From contig JAACSN010000002.1 of assembly GCA_009993885.1 (NCBI GenBank), forward strand, positions 69,979-133,978: a stretch of 64,000 bases of DNA, given 5' to 3'. The notes below the pieces were generated by a model. That model worked only from the letters and a program-made list of their open reading frames with translations, was not told the DNA's origin and did not search any database. This DNA is from Alphaproteobacteria bacterium (GTDB lineage Bacteria; Pseudomonadota; Alphaproteobacteria; Caedimonadales; UBA9215). This document shows, piece by piece, positions 57,431-64,000 of this stretch; position 1 is the stretch's first letter, and each line of letters opens with the position of its first letter. Made by a program: the position numbers and the translations under genes.

Positions 57431-57914
57431 AAGTTATCCGCCTAAATCGAGAGAAGAAAGTCACAATCCCGTTGAACAAAAGAGGGTAGATTAAAATTGT
57501 AAGAGCGCCCTGAAACAACATAAAAGCATCCGAAAAAGTCAAAATCACCCCATGGGAGAGACTAAAGACAGCCCAATGAGATAAAAACCCATAATCCTTT
57601 AAAAATTTTTTCATCAATAAAATAGAACCCTGCTGCAAAATAATAAGCACAACATGGAATCCTAAAAACGTCTCTAACATCAAGTCCAACCAAAAGCTCG
57701 GTAACAAAAAACAAAACCAAAATCTAGGGGGCAAATAGAGAAGGGCGGCAAAGCAAGCAACGGCATAAAAATGAATGAAGAGCGCCGGGCCTTTAAAAAA
57801 AATCGGTAAAGGAATGAGGGATAAAGCCGCAGCAACAAAAAGACCGATACTCATCAAAAAAGCAAAGAGGGCCTGATTCACATTGCGGGCGAAAAGGGTT
57901 TTTAGACTAACCAT
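57423..57914 (-). CDS. mreD: Rod shape-determining protein MreD
   Basis: A small polytopic membrane protein positioned between mreC and mrdA, overlapping mrdA by 8 nt. Confidence 0.65.
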   Translation of the reverse strand: MVSLKTLFARNVNQALFAFLMSIGLFVAAALSLIPLPIFFKGPALFIHFYAVACFAALLYLPPRFWFCFLLPSFWLDLMLETFLGFHVVLIILQQGSILLMKKFLKDYGFLSHWAVFSLSHGVILTFSDAFMLFQGALTILIYPLLFNGIVTFFSRFRRITYG

Positions 57915-57922
57915 TACACGTT

Positions 57923-58765
57923 TTACTCCCCCTCTCCCCCATGGGATTTTTGAATTTGCACATAATGCAATCCTTTAAAATCTACCAAAGGTGTCACATA
58001 AACTTGATTGTTCCGAACCTTTGAAATGATCCCAATGGGTCTTCCCCTTGGAAAATAACCGTCCACTCCTGAAGAAAAAACAAGCTCACCTTTTTGAATT
58101 TCCTGAGGATTCTTCACAAAATTAAGACGCATTTCTTGATCTTCCCCTCCATAAAGCACTCCCTCTTGACGAGAGTTTTCACACTCCGCCGGGATATGGG
58201 ATTGCGGATCCGTAACCAATAAAACGCGAGAGATTTTACCACCGACTTTGTCCACCTGTCCAATAATCGCATTTTCGCTCAAGACCACATCAAAACGCCG
58301 AATACCGGTTTTTCTCCCTGCCTTTACAAAAAGGGATCGAGATTTTAAAAAAGCATTTTGTCCAAAGCAAGGAGCCGTTATAAACGCCGCATCTCCGTCT
58401 CCTTGTAGGGAGAGTAAATCTCGCAATTCCCTGTTTCTAAGTTCAAGGCTATGGATCTGATTCCTAGAAATCCTTAATTGCAATTCAAGTTGCTCTAAGG
58501 TTCGTGCCTCTTTTTGAATCAAAAGGTGACGATTGAAATTTTCCCGATAGGTTTTAAAATCGGAAAAAGGGCTTTCCATGAGAGACAAAAAAAGCGCACT
58601 TGTATCATAAACAAATTCTGAAAAATTTTGCCTTACACGTTCGCCTTCTAACAAAAGCGCCGCACTCAAAGTAACAACCGCAAAAAACAATAACACCGGC
58701 ATCAAACGAATACGCTTTATATACCGGCGTGTTGTCTTTAGGGACGTTTTACTTATGAGAAGCAT
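57923..58765 (-). CDS. mreC: Rod shape-determining protein MreC
   Basis: Has an N-terminal anchor, a coiled coil (LEQLELQLRISRNQIHSLELRNRELRDLL), and beta-barrel domains with SGVDGYFPRGRPIG. Confidence 0.8.
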   Translation of the reverse strand: MLLISKTSLKTTRRYIKRIRLMPVLLFFAVVTLSAALLLEGERVRQNFSEFVYDTSALFLSLMESPFSDFKTYRENFNRHLLIQKEARTLEQLELQLRISRNQIHSLELRNRELRDLLSLQGDGDAAFITAPCFGQNAFLKSRSLFVKAGRKTGIRRFDVVLSENAIIGQVDKVGGKISRVLLVTDPQSHIPAECENSRQEGVLYGGEDQEMRLNFVKNPQEIQKGELVFSSGVDGYFPRGRPIGIISKVRNNQVYVTPLVDFKGLHYVQIQKSHGGEGE

Positions 58766-58792
58766 GACACAATACCAAATTAAAAGGTCACA

Positions 58793-59845
<1,053 letters not shown>

Positions 59846-60075
59846 TTAAAAAATTAAAATAATTTGCAAATCACGCTCTTTAGAACCCAAAAAATAAAAT
59901 GAGCACATACTATATCTACGACACTTCTTCTTCAAGGTCTACAGGATTTTTCCAAAAACTCGGTAAGGGTTTTTTAGTCTTTCTTCAACACTCCTTAAAG
60001 AAAAATACATCAAGGTGAATGCAAGGCCCTTCCTTAAGGGAGTTCTTTCAAGTGTGTGTGTTGGAGATTTACGCT

Positions 60076-61077
60076 ATGAAACGTACAAACTCACTTTTTC
60101 ACGTCCTGTTTTTCTTTTTATTTCTTTTGAGCTGCCCTACGGTTTTTGCTTCGGACTCTTTGGACGAAATAGAAGAATATCAAAGTTCTTTCGATAGAGC
60201 TTTAACGACTTCTCCCGTTCCCTTTCCCACGGAAGAAATCGTTGATTTAACATCTCTTCCTTTCATGACAATTGATCCGGACGGAGCACAAGATTTAGAT
60301 GATGCTTTATATGTCGAAAAAGAGGGGGAGGACGCTTATCACATCGCCATTGCTATTGCAGACCCCACTTATTATATTCAACCTCACTCCTCCATCGCCA
60401 AAGAAGCCCGCCGCCGAAGTTTTACGATTTACGGGCAAGGAGCCCCTATTCCTATGCTGCCCTCAAAACTTGTGAGAGCCTGCTCTTTAGAACAAGGTAA
60501 AAAACGATCTGCCCTTATTGTGGATTTGTATATTGATAAAAACGGTAATTTTCAGGATGTGCCGACAATTTATAGAGCTTTAATTTGCTCTCAAAATAAG
60601 GTGTCCTACGCGTTTGCGAATGCTATTTATGAGGGAAAATGGTTTAGCCTGATTAACCCCGACCTTAAAAACAGATTATTCTTAGCACAGGAAGCGGCAC
60701 AGGCTCTTAAATCTTATTATTCAAAGGATCGAGAAATCGTGAGGAGTCAAGATGTCGTCAGTGAATTTATGACGGCGGCAAACAACGCAGCCGCCATTGT
60801 ATTAAAAAAAAGAATTGAAGAGTCCGTAATTAAAAAGGCCGTTTTTCGGGCACAAGACGCGGTGGGGAGTCGTGCCCTTTATAGCTCGACAAGTTCCTTT
60901 CACGCCTCCTTTGATTTGGCCTACACCCACTTTACATCACCCGTAAGACGGTACGCCGATATGATGGTTCATTGGCTCCTTTTTTACCCCGGTTATGAAT
61001 TTTCAGATACAACCCTTGACTATATGAATCGTCAACAAGAAGGATTAAAAATTTCAAGTTCTTTTGCCGGCTACTGA
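60076..61077 (+). CDS. Signal-peptide-bearing RNB-domain protein (RNase II/R catalytic domain only)
   Basis: MKRTNSLFHVLFFFLFLLSCPTVFASD is followed by RNB motifs I-IV: IDPDGAQDLDDALYV, IAIAIADPTYYI, FTIYGQGAPIPMLPSKL and HFTSPVRRYADMMVHWLL. No cold-shock or S1 domains are present. Confidence 0.75.
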   Translation: MKRTNSLFHVLFFFLFLLSCPTVFASDSLDEIEEYQSSFDRALTTSPVPFPTEEIVDLTSLPFMTIDPDGAQDLDDALYVEKEGEDAYHIAIAIADPTYYIQPHSSIAKEARRRSFTIYGQGAPIPMLPSKLVRACSLEQGKKRSALIVDLYIDKNGNFQDVPTIYRALICSQNKVSYAFANAIYEGKWFSLINPDLKNRLFLAQEAAQALKSYYSKDREIVRSQDVVSEFMTAANNAAAIVLKKRIEESVIKKAVFRAQDAVGSRALYSSTSSFHASFDLAYTHFTSPVRRYADMMVHWLLFYPGYEFSDTTLDYMNRQQEGLKISSSFAGY

Positions 61078-61355
61078 AGAAATAACATAATCTAATAAAG
61101 AGTTACGCCTCTATTTTAGGGAGGGTATATTTTTTGCATTATTTTTGTTAAAGTATATTTATATATATAAGGCATCGCCCGTGAAAGAAAATAAAAAGAA
61201 CCATGCTGTCTGCCGGAAAATTTTAGAGCCGAAGGGCTTGTTTCCTCCTATGCTCATCGACAAATCTATTGCGTTCCAACACTTAAAAAAGCAAGCAACT
61301 CAAAAAAAATTGCTGCACAAAATCCACTGCCCCCTAAAACAAAGGGAGAAAGAAA

Positions 61356-62651
61356 ATGCCTAATTCTATTTCGTCATTTTTTGCCGGTTTTTCAAAAGGC
61401 AAATTTCCCTTAGGACAATTTACAGAAATCACCCTTATTATCCTTTCTATTTTTGCTGCCTTTTTTATCACTAAATTTTTGATGAAAAAACTTTCCGAGC
61501 CTCTTTTAGAAAAGTTTGAAACAAAATCGCAAAGTTTTCTGGATATTGAAAAAACAACCTTTTCTATCTTGCTTATTCTTACAGCCCTTTTATGGTTCGT
61601 TGATTTAGGTTTTAAGGCATTCCAAGAGAAAACAACGCTGATCAAACCGATTTTTCTTGTTTTATTGTCTTGGGGGACTATTCGAAGCATCACCCACAAT
61701 CTTGATAACTCTCTGCTCAGCCGTTTTGTAAACAATGTTTTATGGCTGACGGCTGCTCTTTTTGTTACGGGATATCTAACCGATTTTTCAGAATTTTTAA
61801 AATCATATTCCTATACCGTCGGTCAGGTTAACCTTTCGCTTCATACTTTTGTTTTTGGCATTATTGTTTTCTCTGTTTTGCTTTGGGTTTCTTCCTTAAT
61901 TACTCACTTTATTAAAAAGCTTCTGGAAAAAAACAAGAAGATTAACAGAACACAAAAGGTTCTCATTATGAAAATTTTGAGAATTGTTTTATATACAACG
62001 GTTTTCGTCTCAAGTTTTCAAGTGATCGGATTTGATTTAACCACCTTAACTATTTTTGGAGGAGCCGTTGCCTTTGGTATCGGTTTCGGCTTGCAAAAAA
62101 TCTTTTCTAATTTAATTAGCGGATTTATTTTATTGTTAGACAAATCCATTCGCCCGGGTGACGTCATTGCTCTAACAGGTGCTAACGGAGAAACCTATGG
62201 CGAAGTGAAAAAATTAGATGCACGGTATGTTTCTGTTGTAACCCGTGACGGGAAAAAACACCTTATTCCGAATGAAACATTAATTTCCGAACGCGTCGAA
62301 AATTGGTCTTATAGCGATGATAAAATTCGCTTGCATATTCCGGTTGGCGTTTCTTACGGATCAGACCTTGATTTGGTCATAAAGCTCATGTTACAAGCCG
62401 CCGATGAGGCCTCGGAACGCATCCTGAAAAAACCGGAACCCGCATGTCTACTCACAGGATTCGGGGATAGTTCCGTTAATTTTGAATTGCGCGTTTGGAT
62501 TAATGACCCGCACAACGGCTGTGAAAGACCCAAAAGCGACGTTCTGCTAAATATATGGGGGAAATTCAAGAAACATAACGTTTTATTCCCGTTTCCTCAA
62601 ATGGATGTTCATCTTATCAAAACGCCGACAACCAACAAGAAAAAAAATTAA
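61356..62651 (+). CDS. MscS-family mechanosensitive channel
   Basis: Has N-terminal TM helices and the MscS core FGGAVAFGIGFGLQKIFSNLISGFILLLDKSIRPGD. A GGGAGA RBS lies upstream. Confidence 0.85.
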   Translation: MPNSISSFFAGFSKGKFPLGQFTEITLIILSIFAAFFITKFLMKKLSEPLLEKFETKSQSFLDIEKTTFSILLILTALLWFVDLGFKAFQEKTTLIKPIFLVLLSWGTIRSITHNLDNSLLSRFVNNVLWLTAALFVTGYLTDFSEFLKSYSYTVGQVNLSLHTFVFGIIVFSVLLWVSSLITHFIKKLLEKNKKINRTQKVLIMKILRIVLYTTVFVSSFQVIGFDLTTLTIFGGAVAFGIGFGLQKIFSNLISGFILLLDKSIRPGDVIALTGANGETYGEVKKLDARYVSVVTRDGKKHLIPNETLISERVENWSYSDDKIRLHIPVGVSYGSDLDLVIKLMLQAADEASERILKKPEPACLLTGFGDSSVNFELRVWINDPHNGCERPKSDVLLNIWGKFKKHNVLFPFPQMDVHLIKTPTTNKKKN

Positions 62652-62713
62652 TGGAGATTCTAAGATACTTTTTGAAGGATTTTATTACTTATGGAAATTT
62701 TGTATCAAGAATA

Positions 62714-62790
62714 TGGTGCACCCTGCAGGATTCGAACCTGCGACCTGCGGCTTAGAAGGCCGACGCTCTATCCGGCTGAGCTAAGGGTGC
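62714..62790 (-). tRNA. tRNA-Arg (anticodon UCU), CCA encoded
   Basis: Manual fold of the reverse complement: acceptor GCACCCT/AGGGTGC, D arm GCTC..GAGC, anticodon loop CTTCTAA, T arm GCAGG-TTCGAAT-CCTGC. There is one mismatch at the top of the anticodon stem. Confidence 0.85.
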
Positions 62791-63193
62791 ACATATTAAC
62801 TTGATTATACATACCTCATTGTTACCAAAAGGTAAAGACCTTGGTCTTTTGATATATAACGGCACAATATCTTGATTGAGCCCCTTACCTTTCCCTTTCT
62901 CTATTACCCGGTTTCCATTTCTGCAAAAGAGACTCTCTTTTACAGGATAGAGCATTTAAAATAGATAAAAATACCGGCTTATAGTATGACTTTTACGGTG
63001 AGTCTCTACATTTCTCAGCTACCGACATAGATATCGTCGCCGGCGTCTGATGCAAACAAAAATCTAACCCGACCGGAGTATAAGCCTTTAATAAACCGAT
63101 GCGATTTCCACGGGTTCTACTTTACCGTCCATGGTCGCTATATTTGCATCATGCTCTGCTTCATGGTCTAATAATTCATTTCTACTCGGCTTT

Positions 63194-64000
63194 CTATTGG
63201 CCATGTAATTGCTCCCTTAATGCTGTTATCATATCTTTTCTTGCTTGCAGTTCATCATATTTTGCCCGTTGATCTGCCGTTGTTTCGGCTGCCGGCGGAT
63301 CAATAAGCCCTTTTTTAATACCGCCGTCAACCGACCCTGTCGATCCGGGAGCCGTTCCGGGAGCTGCTACTTCATTGCCGGCGTTACCGCCGCCCCCTCC
63401 TCCGCCTGCTGCTGCGGGAGGTGCACCGCTTGGAGGTGCCGGTTTTGCAGGAACTAAAATAGCGGCGGCGGCGGCTGCAGCTGCCTCTGCAACGGCCGAA
63501 GCAATTTCTGAGGGAATGTTTGATGCCTCCTCAGCAGCAGCAGCAGCTTCTGCAACTGCCTCTTCTACATCGTCCTCCGCGTCTTCGGCCACGTCTTCCA
63601 CAGAGTCCGCTGCTTCTTCCGCCAGTTCTTCGGCAGGCTCTACAACTTCTTCCACCTCTTCGGCAGCTTCTTCTGCTACTTCTTCCGCATTCTCTGCAGC
63701 TTCCTCCATCTCTTCGGTATCTGCCATAGCCTCGCCAACGGCGCTAATAACTTCTCCGGCAACAATGCCCGCAGCAACAGCAGCAGTGAGGGCAGCATCC
63801 GCTAAACCGGCTAGGTTGCTTGACGGAGCTTCCGAAGTTACTGCCGTATCTTCGACACTTTCTGCCGCATCTTCCGTAGAGACACTTGCCTCATCCGCAG
63901 ATGTCTCGGCAGCCTCTTCCGTCTCTGACGGACTCTCTTCGCCGGCGTCCGTTGTCTCTCCTGCCGAGTCTTCTACAGGCTCTGCAACATCCTCCGCGGG
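63194..64000 (-). CDS. Extremely acidic Ala/Glu/Asp/Val-rich low-complexity protein; the 5' part lies beyond the window
   Basis: The reading frame of track ORF 63194-63727 stays open all the way to base 64000 (269 codons with no stop). The composition is dominated by E, A, D and V, with an A-run, a G-run (AAGGGGGGNAG) and a short ordinary C-terminal helix (DQRAKYDELQARKDMITALREQL). Confidence 0.6.
   Translation of the reverse strand, partial: PAEDVAEPVEDSAGETTDAGEESPSETEEAAETSADEASVSTEDAAESVEDTAVTSEAPSSNLAGLADAALTAAVAAGIVAGEVISAVGEAMADTEEMEEAAENAEEVAEEAAEEVEEVVEPAEELAEEAADSVEDVAEDAEDDVEEAVAEAAAAAEEASNIPSEIASAVAEAAAAAAAAILVPAKPAPPSGAPPAAAGGGGGGGNAGNEVAAPGTAPGSTGSVDGGIKKGLIDPPAAETTADQRAKYDELQARKDMITALREQLHGQ

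Noticed and set aside
61145-61363. A 72-aa basic ORF upstream of the MscS-family gene, and the antisense 133-aa ORF at 61334-61735.
   Set aside because: Neither has an RBS, both have low-complexity Lys-rich sequence, and the 72-aa ORF has a non-ATG start. They overlap the mscS promoter and CDS, so they are probably spurious.
62752-62955. A 67-aa minus-strand ORF.
   Set aside because: Its 3' part is the tRNA-Arg gene itself, so it is an artefact.
63088-63204. A 38-codon ORF (MANRKPSRNELLDHEAEHDANIATMDGKVEPVEIASVY) overlapping the stop of the acidic protein by 11 nt.
   Set aside because: It is plausible as a coupled small gene, but it has no motif, no clear RBS and cannot be checked for conservation. 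It is noted under the acidic-protein finding rather than called as a feature.
63520-63729. Plus-strand ORFs rich in Pro, Gln and Leu (63520-63729) and in Cys and Arg (63245-63457).
   Set aside because: They are antisense shadows of the GC-rich acidic-protein CDS, since GAA/GCC repeats read as Leu/Pro/Gln on the opposite strand.

Overview
This 64-kb chromosomal window is moderately AT-rich. Its gene content and order point to an alphaproteobacterium: rpsT-dnaA, a ctaC-ctaD-ctaB-(small ORF)-ctaG aa3 oxidase cluster, COQ7, a short RNase D-like exonuclease, a DivL-type pseudo-kinase, kdsD-lptC-lptA-lptB and mreBCD-mrdA-rodA. A Rickettsia-Pld-like secreted PLD and many orphan secreted proteins hint at a host-associated lifestyle, but that is inference only. 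Most of the window is housekeeping (cell envelope, respiration, fatty-acid initiation, translation) and is tightly packed, with many coupled or overlapping gene junctions. Five loci stand out. (1) At 10.8-13.9 kb there is an orphan three-gene T6SS module in which the two sheath subunits are encoded as one 632-aa TssB-TssC fusion. It is followed by an Hcp-like tube protein with an N-terminal extension, a strong hairpin, and TssE. No membrane-complex, baseplate, spike or ClpV gene is in the window. (2) At 33.5-41.9 kb there is an accessory or defence island: a secreted single-HKD PLD/Nuc, a DUF2971-GNAT fusion protein of unknown role, a decayed IS630-type transposase remnant, a complete Type I R-M system (hsdR-hsdS-hsdM) with a 12-bp tandem repeat in the HsdS central spacer, and a frameshifted excisionase-type HTH gene. 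(3) A translationally coupled mvaS-mvaA pair (mevalonate pathway) heads the rnd-kdsD-lpt gene string. (4) There is a signal-peptide-bearing RNB-only RNase II-like protein. (5) An extremely acidic Ala/Glu-rich low-complexity protein runs off the right edge. Two tRNAs were found (Leu-UAA, Arg-UCU). I found no rRNA, no CRISPR array and no intact mobile element. All domain calls come from motif recognition by eye; no database search was run.
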